A stretch of 64,000 nt of DNA from the NCBI GenBank assembly GCA_963765765.1, contig CAVXYC010000032.1, forward strand, positions 267,882-331,881, read 5' to 3'. A program made the position numbers and the translations under genes. Shown here piece by piece: positions 11,132 through 22,619 of the stretch. The notes under the pieces were generated by a model. The model ran no database searches. It was given only the letters and a program-made list of their open reading frames with translations, and was not told the DNA's origin. Position 1 is the first letter of the stretch. Each line of letters opens with the position of its first letter. The stretch is from an uncultured Chloroflexia bacterium. GTDB taxonomy: Bacteria; Chloroflexota; UBA6077; JACCZL01.

Positions 11132-13991
11132 ATGCCACCGCGTCGATCGGGGGAATCCATGCGCGTCAGTGCGTGGCGCTACCGTGGGCCGCTGCTGGTC
11201 GCCGCCCTCCTGCTCGTGCTTTCGTTGTTGCCGCTCCACGAGGAACCTGGCCCCGCCCGCGCCCAGGAGCGTGAACAAGTCCAGGACCGGGCCGAGAAGC
11301 AGGGGGACCTCGAGCGCGCGCTGCGGAATGGCGGAATTTCCACCAACCGGCTGATCGTCGTCTACGCCCAGGCCGTCCCGCCCGATCACCCGGACCGTCT
11401 CCGCGCCCGTCAGCGCGCCGGCGGCCGATTGCTGCTGGCCGATGTGGCGCTCCAGCAGGATCTGATTCGCCTCGCCGGCGATGATGCCGTCGCGGCGGCG
11501 GCGGAGATCAGGGCCTACCCCGGCGTGCTCGACGCGCTCCCGGACTCCGTGGTCCGGGCCGACCTGCTCACCAACGACCCGCGCCTGGGCGAGGCCTACG
11601 GCCTGGCCAGGATCCGCGCCCCGGCCGCCTGGGACATTACCCAGGGCCACGGTGCGGCGGTGGCCGTGGTGGACAGTGGGATCCATACCGGCCATCCCGA
11701 CCTGGCCGGCAAGGTGGACCAGGAGGAGAATTTCTCTCCCAGCCCGACGCTCGACGACCTGTCCGACCACGGCACCCGCGTGGCCGGGACGATCGCCGCG
11801 GCCGCGAACAACGGCGTCGGCGCGGCGGGCGTGGCACCCGGGGCAACGCTCCTCAACGTGAAGGTGCTGGGCGATAGTGGGACCGGTTTCTCGTCCGACG
11901 TCAACCGAGGCATCAAGTGGGCCGCGGAGCGGGGCGCGCGCGTCATCAATCTGAGCCTGAGCTCGGCCAGCGGCTGCGGCACCGATCGACAGCAGGCCGT
12001 CGACTACGCCTGGCACCAGGGGGCAGTGGTGATCGCCTCGGCCGGTAATGGCGCTTCGGCGGGTGCGACCTCGCCGGCAAGCTGCCGCAACGCGATCGCG
12101 GTTGCCGCCACCGACGCGAATGACGCGACGGCCGCCTTCTCGAACTACGGGGACGGCGTGGACTTAGCCGCGCCCGGCGTCGACATCCTCGCCCCGGTCA
12201 ACCCGAGGCTGAACGGCGGTGCCGAGTACGCGCTCGGCAGCGGGACTTCGCTGGCCGCGGCGCACGTCTCCGGGGCGGCCGCGCTGATCTGGTCGACGCG
12301 CTACGGGACGGCACCCGCCGCGGTGCGAGAGCGGCTCTTCAATGGTGCCGACGAGATCGGTGGGAGCCGGAGCCTGTGGGCGCGCGGGCGGGTTAACGCC
12401 GCCGGCTCCGTGGCGGGAGCCTCAGCCACGCAGGCGCCGACGAGCACGCCCATCCCGACCGACGGGGGGCCCACGGCCACGCCACTCCCCCGGCCGCCGT
12501 TCGATCCGTCCGCTGAGCAAGAGGAGCCACCGGAGGAGGAGCTGCAAGCCGCCGTCTCCGCGATCTGCCCGAGCCGCTTCACCGTGAACGCGTCCGGTAG
12601 CGCGCTGAAGCTCGCGTACTGCACAGACTCGGGCCGGTCGCTCGACACGCCCAACGAAGCGATCAGCCGGGCCGTCGTCGTCATCCACGGGAGCAGCCGC
12701 AACGCGGACGACTACTACAGCTACGTCAGGAACTCGGCCGCTGCCATCGGCGTGGCGGGCAACACGCTGGTCGTCGCCCCCCAATATCTGTACGAAGAGG
12801 ACATCAACGCGTTCAAGACGGCGAGCCAGCCGCTCAGCGACCTCCTCTACTGGGATGGCGGGTGGCGTGAGGGCGAGAACTCCCGCGACACCGCCAAGAA
12901 TGATCGGCCTGCAACGATCAGCTCCTTCGCCGCGGCGGATCAGATCATCGACCGGCTCGCCAATCGGAATTACTTCCCGAATCTCCAGAACATCGTGGTT
13001 GCCGGACACTCGGCCGGCGGACAATTCACCAACCGCTTCGTCGCCGCCAGCGGGGCCGAGCCGTGCGGGGGTTACTCGTCGCTACGTGCCCATGAACCCC
13101 TCCTCCTGGCTCTACTTCAACAAGGAGCGCCGTGTCGGCAACACGCTCGACCAGTTCGCCATCCCGACGTCCGCCGAGCAGCAAGACTGCTCGACGTTCA
13201 ATAACTACAAATTCGGCCTCGATAACCTGGCGCCGTATCCGTACGTCGCCACTGTCGGTATCGAACGGCTCAAGGACCGCTTTGCGTCACGGAACATTGC
13301 CTACCTACTGGGCGAGCGGGATAACGCGAACACAAACTCCCTGGACACCGGGTGCGAGGCCGAGCTCCAGGGCGATTACCGGCTCGACCGCGGGAATCGC
13401 TACTACAACTTCGTCGGGCACTTCTTCGGCTCGTCCGTGTACGACCGACACGTGAAGGAGATCGTCCCGGGCGTCGCGCACGACGGGAATGCGATGATCA
13501 ACTCCGCCGCCGGCCGCAGGTACCTCTTCGACCACGGCCTGGCCGCGACCCCGACCCTCACGCCCACCGGCACGCTGACACCAACACCCGCCATGACCCT
13601 GACCGCCTCGCCCACCCCAACGGTGAGTTCGACGCCAACCGGCACACTCGCGCCGATCGCGACAGCGACGGTCACCCCGCCGACGCCCACGTCAACGGCG
13701 CCGAGGAGCGTTATCCTGACGGCGCCGACGGGTCTCACGGCGACCGCGGTCTCGCCCGGCCAGATCGACCTGGCCTGGTCGGACAACTCCGCCAGCGAGG
13801 ACGGCTTCGAGATCGAGCGTTCGACGGACGGGCGAACCTTCCAGTCGATTGGCATGGTGGGGACGAACGTCGAGACTTACTCGGATATGGGCCTTGCCGG
13901 GAACACCTGGTACCGCTACCGCGTGCGTGCTTTTAGCGCAGCCGGCCCATCCGCCTACTCGAACACGGCCAGGGAGAAGACGCCCAGGTAG
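11132..13991 (+). CDS. Secreted S8 (thermitase-like) protease fused to an alpha/beta-hydrolase domain and a C-terminal FN3 domain (frameshift near 13060)
   Basis: Signal peptide; triad motifs VAVVDSG, HGTRVAG, SGTSLAA; then VIHGS, GHSAGGQF, VPGVAHD; TPT linker; APTGLTATAVS..IDLAWSDNS..YRYRVRA (FN3). Confidence 0.85.
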
Positions 13992-14530
13992 CATCGCCAC
14001 GCCGAACCTATGCACCCGTCGGCCAAAGTGAGGGCAACGGGAGCTCGGGAACCTTCAGCTCGGGTAAATCATCCAAGGCCCTTAGGGAAGGAGCGGCCCA
14101 GAATCGTCTCGGGATCGCCGTTTCCCTATTAGGTCGGGCAGCTGGTTCGATGCCTGCTGCGCCAGTCGGAAGTGAGCTGCCGTTCCGCCGACTCCCAATG
14201 CCGAGAACTCGGCCGTCTCCCCTCCAGACGGACTCGAAGAGCAACAGGCTGCCCTCTTGCGACTCAGGTCGAACCCCTGGATTCCTGCCGGATCCGTTGC
14301 CTATCTGGTCGGTGACTGCGCCGAGGCCCTCAGCGTTGGCCGAAGGCCAACTCGACCCCGTAACCCGGGCCCGCATGGAACTGCTCCTGCATGACTTGGA
14401 GCGCGTGCGTCAACAGGTGGACGCTTAGCGCATCGCGCCGCGGGCTGCGGATGTGATCTCCGGATCCAGTTACGGTGGCTGGTGCGAATCCTGCTCTTGG
14501 ATCGATTCAGCAACCCCGGAGGAGACCTGC

Positions 14531-15679
14531 ATGACGCTGCCCGGTCCGCTGCATCTGATTACGGAGTCGTTCAGGGAGTGGCAGAAGGACAAGGCGTCAC
14601 GCCTGGCCGCTGCGCTCGCCTATTACACCGCGTTTTCCATCGCTCCGATGTTGTTGCTCATCATCACCATTGCGGGGATGGTGCTGGGTGAGGAGGCCGC
14701 TCAGGGGACGATCTTCGCGCAGCTCCAGGGACTCCTGGGGCCCGAGGTGGCCGGCTTTCTCCAGTCGGCCGTGGCGCACTCGCGCGAGCCGGGAGCCAAC
14801 GCAATCTCCGCCGTCATCGGACTCGCCACCTTGGTCTGGAGCTCGTCGAATGTCTTTGGTCAGCTCCAGGATGCACTGAACACCATCTGGGAGGTGCAGC
14901 CAAAACCCGCCGGCATTGTCGGCTCTGTCAAACGCCGCATTGTGCCCCTCTCCATGGTCCTGGGAATTGGTTTCATCCTGCTGGTCTCACTGGCGCTCAG
15001 CGCCGGATTGTCGGCTGTGAGCGCATTCATGGGTGATGTATTGCCGGGATCCGCGCTCCTCTGGCAGATCGTGAACAACGTGCTCTCCTTCGCCGTCGTG
15101 ACGCTGCTCTTCGCGGCCATCTACAAGGTGTTGCCCGACGCCGAGATCCGCTGGAGCGACGTCTGGATTGGCGCGGTGGTGACATCGGTGCTGTTCGTCA
15201 TTGGCAAGGCAGTCATCGGTCTGTATCTCGGGCACGCCAGCGTCGGATCCACCTACGGGGCCGCCGGCTCACTCCTGGTGTTCCTGGTGTGGGTGTATTA
15301 CGCGGCGCAAATCCTGTTCTTCGGGGCGGAGTTCACGCAGGTCTACGCGCGCACGCGGGGCTCTCGAATCGTGCCGAGCGCGGATGCCGAGCCGCTGACC
15401 GCCGAAGCCCGCGGCGAGCAGGGGATGGCCGCCAGGGAGGACCCCGCCACCGCCGCCACCAAGCCGGTGCACCCAACGATCGCCGCCCCGCCCAGGTCCG
15501 TGAGCCGGATGGATGCCCCCGAGGCGCGACGCCATGGCGGGCGGGACGCTGGTCCGATCAAGAAGCTACTCTGGACCGGCGTCTCCGCCGCGTCAATGGC
15601 CTTCACCGGCCTCATCGCTCAGAAAGCGACCTGCGCGCTCTGGTCGAGCGTCGTCCACGAGCCTCCGCCTGACCGGTAA
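14531..15679 (+). CDS. YihY/virulence factor BrkB family membrane protein
   Basis: LAAALAYYTAFSIAP, LQDALNTIW, STYGAAGSLLVFLVWVYY..FFGAEF; GGAG RBS before ATG 14531. Confidence 0.92.
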   Translation: MTLPGPLHLITESFREWQKDKASRLAAALAYYTAFSIAPMLLLIITIAGMVLGEEAAQGTIFAQLQGLLGPEVAGFLQSAVAHSREPGANAISAVIGLATLVWSSSNVFGQLQDALNTIWEVQPKPAGIVGSVKRRIVPLSMVLGIGFILLVSLALSAGLSAVSAFMGDVLPGSALLWQIVNNVLSFAVVTLLFAAIYKVLPDAEIRWSDVWIGAVVTSVLFVIGKAVIGLYLGHASVGSTYGAAGSLLVFLVWVYYAAQILFFGAEFTQVYARTRGSRIVPSADAEPLTAEARGEQGMAAREDPATAATKPVHPTIAAPPRSVSRMDAPEARRHGGRDAGPIKKLLWTGVSAASMAFTGLIAQKATCALWSSVVHEPPPDR

Positions 15680-15724
15680 GTCTCGGGTCGCGTTCGATCA
15701 CAACGCCGCTTCGAGTTCTGAGAC

Positions 15725-15967
15725 GTGGCGGCGAACATGATCGTGTTGGACCTGCCGAACGTGATCGTGTTGGACCTGATGATGCCGGAGGTGGATGGCT
15801 GGGAGTTCCGCTGTCGGCAGCTGACGAGTCCGAGCGCCGACGTACCGGTCGTGATTCTGTCCGCGGCTCGGGAGCAGCGGCTCGAAATGCTGCGTCCGGC
15901 GGCGGTTGTCTCGAAGCCATTCGAATTACTCGCCCTTCTGGATACCGTCGAGGCTCTCGCCCGCTGA
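15725..15967 (+). pseudogene. N-terminally truncated single-domain response regulator
   Basis: IVLDLMMPEVDGWEF..VPVVILSA..SKPFEL present; first acidic strand missing; 24-bp tandem duplication at 15732-15779. Confidence 0.7.
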
Positions 15968-16144
15968 TGAGTCCAAGACGCCAGACGGCGAGTGGGCGAG
16001 CCTATCCCGACGTCCCTGCCCGATCCCAGAACCTGCGGTTCCTGTAACCCCCATTCTTATCGGCCTGGGCGAGCCAACCCGGGGTGCTCGACTTGCCCCA
16101 GGCCCGCCGCTGCGTCACAATGCCGGCCGAAGGAGGGCTGAGCC

Positions 16145-16954
16145 ATGGGCGAGCACGTACGCGCCGACGACCTCGACATCTGGACCGAGCAGGTCGGCGC
16201 GGGCCCGGACGTCCTGCTGATCGGAGGCCTGGGCGACACCGTCGAGTCGTGGCAGTTTCAGCTCGACGGGCTCGCCGACCGCTATCGCCTGACCGCCTTC
16301 GACAATCGCGGGGCGGGACGAACCGCCATGCCAAGCGGGCCCGTCTCGGTGGAGATGATGGCCGATGACGCGGCCGGGGTCCTGCGAGCGCTGGCGATCC
16401 CCGCCGCCCACATCGCCGGCTTCTCGGGAGGGAGCATCGTCGCCCAGGAGCTCGCGCTCCGCCACCCAGAACTCGTACGCAGCCTCGTCCTGCAGAGCAC
16501 CTGGCCGGTGCTGGATCCCTATTTCCGCACGTGGCTCCGGTTCCTCCGCTGGCTGGTCGAGGTCGCCCCGAGCGAGCGCGCGTTCCTGGAGGGGTTCTAC
16601 CTCGACATCTACACCCCGCGGGCGCACAACGACGGCACCGTCGACCGGTTCATCGAAGAGATGCTCGCCTTCCCGCACAAGCAGTCGACCGAGGACGTGC
16701 AGCGCTACATGGACGCGTTCGTCGACCACGACACGACCGACCGCCTCCCCGAGATCGCCGCCCCGACGCTCGTGCTCGCCGGCGGGCGGGACGTCACAAG
16801 TCGTCCCGCGCTCGGCCGCGCGGTCGCCGAGCTGATCCCCGGCGCCCGCTTTGAAGTGCTGGAGGAGGAGGCGCACCAGCCCTTCCAGGAGATCCCGGAC
16901 GCGTGGAACGCGCGCGTCGACGCCTTCTGGCGGGAGGTCGAAGCGCGGGCCTGA
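16145..16954 (+). CDS. alpha/beta-fold hydrolase (enol-lactone hydrolase-like)
   Basis: FDNRGAGRT, GFSGG elbow, GGRD, EAHQP; GGAGG RBS. Confidence 0.9.
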   Translation: MGEHVRADDLDIWTEQVGAGPDVLLIGGLGDTVESWQFQLDGLADRYRLTAFDNRGAGRTAMPSGPVSVEMMADDAAGVLRALAIPAAHIAGFSGGSIVAQELALRHPELVRSLVLQSTWPVLDPYFRTWLRFLRWLVEVAPSERAFLEGFYLDIYTPRAHNDGTVDRFIEEMLAFPHKQSTEDVQRYMDAFVDHDTTDRLPEIAAPTLVLAGGRDVTSRPALGRAVAELIPGARFEVLEEEAHQPFQEIPDAWNARVDAFWREVEARA

Positions 16955-17133
16955 GCCGCACCGGGCGGGAGCCGCGCAGACGCTGCCGCGGGCCACGAGG
17001 TACGCGAACGGCACGCCCTTCCTCTCGACGCCCTCTTCTGTGGATGAGCTCTTCCCACCTCTCCGGTGTGTCCGGGGGCGCTGGTCTCACGGATCTCGCC
17101 GGTCACGGTGGCTGTGGCACTCGTCAGCGCGGT

Positions 17134-18510
17134 TTACCCAATCAAGCCCCGCCGCGACCGGAAGAGATTGCCCGGATCGTAGTGCTTCTTGACCGCGACG
17201 AGCCGCGCCAGGTTCTCGCCGTAGGCGGACGCCGTCGCATGAGCGTCATCCGGGTCCTCGAAGTTCATGTACGACCCGCCAGTCGAGAACGGCGCCAGCC
17301 GCTCGCCCACCTCGCGCGCCCAGGTGACGTTCGCCGTGTCCGCGGCCGGATCGTCCCAGTTCGACTCGATGCCGATGAGCCAGGGGGCGCCCCGCTGCCC
17401 GGCGGCCGCGTCGGCCGGCCCGTGGCGGTCGATTTCGCCGCCCAGCCGCCAGAGGTCGAGGCTGGTCAGCGGCGACGGTCGACGCAGCGCCAGCTCCATG
17501 AGCGTCTCGAGCGCCGGGTCGGGCAGGTCGCGGAGGTAGCTGGAGCGCCAGTAGTAGCGGCGGCCCCGCGGGTAGTCCTCGTCGAAGAGCACCGACTGCG
17601 CCCGGACGTAGGGCATCGGGCCGCTGAGGTCGCCGAGGACGGTCCCGAGCGATTGCAGCGGTTGCGTCATCTGCTCGCCTTCGGCCACCGATCCGACATA
17701 TGGTCCGACGATCACCACGAAGGGCTCGCCCCACGCCGCGCGCGGGAAAGCCTCCAGCTCGGGGACGGTCCAGCAGACGCACAGCGCCCCGAAGCCTTCC
17801 GGTGCGGTCGCGGCAAACTCGCGGAAGCCCTGCATCACCCGTTTGGCCTCGACCCACGGATAGCCCAGGAAGCTCACCCAGACATCCGGACCCAGCGGAT
17901 GGGCCCGGTACTCGAACGACGTCACCACGCCGAGGTCCCAGCCGCCGCCGCGGAGCGCCCAGAGCAGGTCCGCGTTCGCATTCGTGCTCGCGTGGATGAG
18001 CCGGCCGTCCGCGGTCACGACATCCGCCGACAGGAGGTTGTCACAGCTCAGACCATGCTTGCGTCGCAGCCAGCCGAGCCCACCGGCGAGCGTCAACCCG
18101 GCGACACCGGTCTCCGACACGACCCCGAGCGGCACGGCCAGACCAAAGGCCTGCGTCTCCCGATCGAGGTCGCGGAGCAGGGCGCCGCCCTCGCAGCGCA
18201 CCGTGGCCGTCGACGGGTCGACCCGAACCGACCGCATCCGGGCGAGGTCAATGACGAGCCCGCCGTCGACGACCGAGGAGCCGGCGACGTGGTGCCCGCC
18301 CCCGCGCACCGATACCGCGAGTCCCTGCTCGCGCGCGTAGTTCACGGCGTCGACCACGTCCGCGACGCCCTGGCACTGCACGATCAGCGCCGGCGTCTTG
18401 TCGATGACACCGTTCCAGACCATCCGGGCCTCGTTGTAGGTCGCATCGCCGGGCGCGATCGCGGCGCCGCGAAGGCGAGACAGCAAGCGTGTCAGTGCTT
18501 CGTGATCCAT
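17134..18510 (-). CDS. FAD-binding oxidoreductase (berberine bridge enzyme-like)
   Basis: RGGGHHVAG FAD-attachment motif, GLTLAGGLGW, LLWALRGGG, YGENLARLVAVKKHYDPGNLF. Confidence 0.93.
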   Translation of the reverse strand: MDHEALTRLLSRLRGAAIAPGDATYNEARMVWNGVIDKTPALIVQCQGVADVVDAVNYAREQGLAVSVRGGGHHVAGSSVVDGGLVIDLARMRSVRVDPSTATVRCEGGALLRDLDRETQAFGLAVPLGVVSETGVAGLTLAGGLGWLRRKHGLSCDNLLSADVVTADGRLIHASTNANADLLWALRGGGWDLGVVTSFEYRAHPLGPDVWVSFLGYPWVEAKRVMQGFREFAATAPEGFGALCVCWTVPELEAFPRAAWGEPFVVIVGPYVGSVAEGEQMTQPLQSLGTVLGDLSGPMPYVRAQSVLFDEDYPRGRRYYWRSSYLRDLPDPALETLMELALRRPSPLTSLDLWRLGGEIDRHGPADAAAGQRGAPWLIGIESNWDDPAADTANVTWAREVGERLAPFSTGGSYMNFEDPDDAHATASAYGENLARLVAVKKHYDPGNLFRSRRGLIG

Positions 18511-18861
18511 GTCCCTCACCGCACTTTCCGGAGCTCCGCGAGCTGCTGCCCGAGCCGGCCGAATTCGGGCGCGGGGATGCCGCGGGCATCGGGAGCCGCC
18601 GCCGGTGTCCCCGCCGACCGCCTCCCGGCCATAGTCTGCCAGCATGCATGGCGGGAGTCCAGCGTAGGGTAGACCCGTGCCGCGCCAGCGCGATCGTCCC
18701 GATCCTCGGCCACCGGGTCGGAGGGCCTGCCGGCCCGGGGAATTCCCCGGGCCGATCCCCGTTGGCGGTCCGCGCGGGGCGTACTAGACTGGACACGACG
18801 GATGCGTCATGCGCGAACGGTCCGTCGGAGTTCGATCCGCGATCCCAGAGGGAGGATCCCC

Positions 18862-19700
18862 ATGCCCGCACGACCGACCGCTCCGCAACCTCGATTCGCG
18901 ACCACGCGCCTTGGGACGGGCCCGCTCGTGCACTACGCCGAGCAGGGCGACCCGAGCGGCGAGGTGCTGCTGTTCATTCACGGCTGGCCCGACTCGTGGT
19001 TCTCGTTCAGCCGCGTCCTGTCGCTGCTGCCGGCCGCGTACCACGCCTACGCCCTGGACCAGCGCGGCTTCGGCGACTCGGAGCGTCCGACCGGCGGCTA
19101 CACGATCGACCAGTACGCCGGTGACGTGGTGGCCTTCCTGGATGCGGTCGAGGTGGAGCAGGCCACCCTGGTGGGACATTCCTTCGGGACCTTCGTCGCG
19201 CGACGGGTAGCCGAGACGTGTCCGGAGCGCGGTCACTCGATTGGTGCTCATCGCCTCCGCCATCACGCCGGTCAACACCGTGTTATTGGAAGTCCAAGAG
19301 GTCGCTGCGGCCGCTGGCCGACCCCCTCCCGCTGGAGTTCGTGCGCGAGTTCCAGGCCAGCACGCTGCACCGGCCCGTCCCGGACGAATTCTTCGAGAGG
19401 CTCGTGGCCGAGAGCCAGAAGGCACCGGCGCGCGTCTGGCGGGAGGCGTTCGATGGCTTGCTCGCATGCGACGACGCGGGCGAGCTCGGACGGATCGCGG
19501 CGCCGACGCTCCTCCTCTGGGGTGAGCAGGATGCGCTCTTCCCGGGTGAGGCTGGGCAGAGCGCCCTGGCGGCCGCGATCCCGGGCGCCCGGCTGACGGT
19601 CTACCGGGACACGGGGCACTCGCCCAACTGGGAGCGCCCGGAGCGGGTCGCTCCGGACCTGGAGGCGTTTCTCGGCGGGACGCCGTCCCCGCCAGGTTAA
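18862..19700 (+). CDS. alpha/beta-fold hydrolase (frameshifted)
   Basis: FIHGWPDS, LDQRGFGDS, GHSFG, WGEQD, TGHSPNWE. Confidence 0.88.
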
Positions 19701-19745
19701 GCGGGGCACACCACGGCAACCGATAAACGAAATCTAATTGAGGTA

Positions 19746-21148
19746 GTGATGATGGCGAAAACAATTGTCGTTCCCGTAGACGGGTCGGAACTTGGTGAGC
19801 GCGCAATACCTTGGGCGTCGCAGCTCGCACGACAGCTTGGGCTTTCCGTCACCCTGGTGCGGGTCGTTCCCTGGCCCGACATTCCCGCGAGCGAATTCGG
19901 CGGGTACATATCTCCGGAGACCTACGACCAGGTCATCGCGGCGGAGCAGGAAACGGCACGCGAATACCTGGACCGGCTCCAGTCCCAATGGAGCAAGGAT
20001 GGATTGACCGTTTTGACGGTGATCCGTCATGGCAAGGCTACCGAAGGCATCCATGATGTGGCGGACGAGCTCGGTGCCTACGCAATCGCGATGGCGAGCC
20101 ACGGGCGCGGTGGTTTTCAGCGCCTGGTTTTGGGAAGTGTGGCGGAGCGCTTGATCCAGCAGGCGACTATCCCGGTGTTGCTCGTTCGCGCGGGGAAGCG
20201 ACCCGACCGATTTCGCTCCATCAGATTCTGGTGCCGCTGGACGGGTCAATCCTCGCGGAGCGGGCGATCGACCAAGCACTCGAGGTCCTGGAGCCCGGAG
20301 GCGAGCTCGTGCTCCAGAGGGTGGTGGAGCCGGAGCTAAAAGTCGTCGGAGGCGGCGACGTGACCACGTTTATCGTCGATGAGGAAGCGATGGGCCCGGA
20401 GGAAGCGAAGGCGAGAGAGTATCTGGACGAAACGGTCAGTCGGTTCCGTTCCAGAGGCGGGAATGTGGTTACTCAGTTGCACCGGGGACGGCCAGCCACG
20501 CAGATTCTCAATTCGGTCAATGAATCGAACGTCGATGCGATCGTTATGACCACGCACGGGCACACCGGTCCCACGCGTTGGCTCATGGGAAGCGTCGCGG
20601 ATGAGGTGTTCCGTAATACCGATCGCCCCGTGCTGCTTATAAGCGTCCGAACGGTCGCTTCACGAGTGACGGGCGGGTACGAGGTGCGGGACCTGATGAC
20701 CCGCGACGTCGAAGTCGTCATGGAAAATGAGACGGTGATCGCGACCCTTCGGAAGCTGCTGCGGCGGCGTGTCGCAGGTGCCCCGGTGATCAACGCAAGC
20801 GGCGAGCTCGTCGGTGTTATTACCGAGCATGATCTGCTAGCCTGGCACAGCCGCACGCTGGAGGCACTTTCCAAGAACGAGTCGGACCTGGATCCGGCCG
20901 CGTATGGAGAACGTATTGAAGCCGACACCATCGCGTCGGTCGTATCGCGCCCCGCGATAGCGATTGATGCGGATACCAGTCTGACCTCGGCAATCCGGAT
21001 GATGCTAGATCGAAAGCTCCGACGGCTTCCGGTCACGGACGGCGGTCGGCTCGTTGGCATCATCTCCCGCGCGGACATCTTGAAAGGCATGGGCGAGCAC
21101 TGGCGCTCCGCCAAAGAGGCGGTTGACGCCTCGAGCGGCCAGGGCTGA
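19746..21148 (+). CDS. Tandem universal stress protein (USP-USP) fused to a CBS pair (frameshift near 20200)
   Basis: IVVPVDGS..MASHGRGG..LGSVAE; VPLDGS..MTTHGHTG..MGSVAD; VRDLMTRDV..LVGVITEHD..LVGIISRAD. Confidence 0.88.
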
Positions 21149-21153
21149 GGTCA

Positions 21154-21510
21154 GTGCAGGAAGATACGGCGGTGTCCGCGGTTGTCATGACTCAGCACGG
21201 TCTGGTGCGCGGTCGACGTGCGGATGGAGTCTTCTCATTCAAAGGGATTCCGTACGCGGCACCGCCGTTTGGCGTCAATCGATTCCGTTCGCCACAACCA
21301 GTCGAATCCTGGAGCGGAATACGCGACGCCCGCACCTTCGGCCCGAAGTCGCCGCAGCCGATGTATCCGCCCCAAATAGCGTTGCTGCTCAACGAGCGTG
21401 TTGACTCCGGGCAAGACTGCCTTACGCTGAATGTCTGGTCACGAGATCTGGGATCCAGCCGTCAGCCGGTGATGGTCTGGATACCTGGTGGCATGTTCTG
21501 CTGCTCTTAG
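21154..21510 (+). pseudogene. Type-B carboxylesterase, N-terminal fragment only
   Basis: FKGIPYAAPPFG..RF, DCLTLNVW, PVMVWIPGG, then an abrupt end; the catalytic domain is absent. Confidence 0.85.
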
Positions 21511-21695
21511 CGGCGGTCGTCCCCAGGAGAACTACGTCCATTCACGGCACCCCGAGGTCACGCTTTCCTTCGGCATCCTGGCAGACGATCAACCGCAGCA
21601 CGATGAAGTGCGGGCCAATCGGGACGCCATCATCGCCTGCTTCGGGGCAGTGCTCTAGGGACCTGTGGGCAACTGCTCGATCACCGCACCCCGCA

Positions 21696-21800
21696 CCGAG
21701 ACATTGATTTTGAGACGCGTTGTGAGACGCGACTACTCGTGAGGCCGCATGGACAACAGCTCCGGAGGAGTTGTCTCAGAAACGGACGTTTCTGAGATCG
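21696..21800. mobile_element. Orphan res-like site of a serine resolvase or Tn3-type element
   Basis: Perfect inverted repeat TCTCAGAAAC-ggac-GTTTCTGAGA at 21774-21797 plus tandem TGAGAC half-sites (ttttgagacgcgttgtgagacgc); no resolvase gene in the window. Confidence 0.55.
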
Positions 21801-22019
21801 AGTCGGTCTAAGACTCCGTCACACGCCGATTGACGGGTGGCACCGTCCGTTGGGGGCTTGACAGAGGTCGAGCGCCAGCCTATCGTCGCCCTGAGGGCTT
21901 AACCATACAGGCGGAGATGCGATTCGCCAGGAGAGGCGATGTCCACATCGCCTGCCAGGTGGTCGGGTTCAGCCCGGCGGCGTTTCCTTACATAGACGCC
22001 CCGCAAAGGGAGGCACCTT

Positions 22020-22376
22020 GTGGCCGGATCAACCGAGAGCGTCCTTGATCATCATCTGCAGACATTCGGTGCAGGAGATTTGCCAGGCCTCCTGGCGGAC
22101 TACAGCGATCGGTCGGTGGTGATACTGCCCAGTGGCGCCGTCTTGCGCGGCGTCGAGCAGATCACACCGCTGTTCGTGGGGCTGTTGGCCGAGTTCGCCA
22201 AGCCGGGCGCCTCCTTCAACCTGAGCCAGAAGGTGATCGACGGGGAGATCGCCTACATCACGTGGTCGGCGGAGACGGCCGACAACGTCTACGAGTTTGC
22301 GACGGACACCTTCGTCATCCGCGGCGGGAAGATCCTCACGCAGACGGTCGGCTTCAAAACGACCGCCAAAGGCTAG
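22020..22376 (+). CDS. NTF2/SnoaL-like protein
   Basis: VLDHHLQTFGAGDL..LADYS..IAYITWSA..ATDTFVIRGGKI; GGAGG RBS. Confidence 0.85.
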   Translation: MAGSTESVLDHHLQTFGAGDLPGLLADYSDRSVVILPSGAVLRGVEQITPLFVGLLAEFAKPGASFNLSQKVIDGEIAYITWSAETADNVYEFATDTFVIRGGKILTQTVGFKTTAKG

Positions 22377-22619
22377 TGGACCGTCACGCGTGGATTGACG
22401 GACAGAGCCTCTTCAATGTGATGCGCGCACCTTGGCGCGGCACTGACGCCATACCTCGGGCACTGACCCGCTCAATACGACCTGCCTAATGAGCACCCCG
22501 ATGTGGCTCAGGGCATGGTTGACCCGCATCCGGTGGGACAGTATCCTGGTGCTCGGCAGGATGGTCGACGGACTGCACGCCATTCTGCCGAGCGGAATCT
22601 CGTTCTCTGGAGAGGGTCG

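Noticed and set aside
14135-14170. GGTTCGA T-loop-like word suggesting a tRNA or att site
   Set aside because: No T-stem, acceptor stem or cloverleaf can be built around it.
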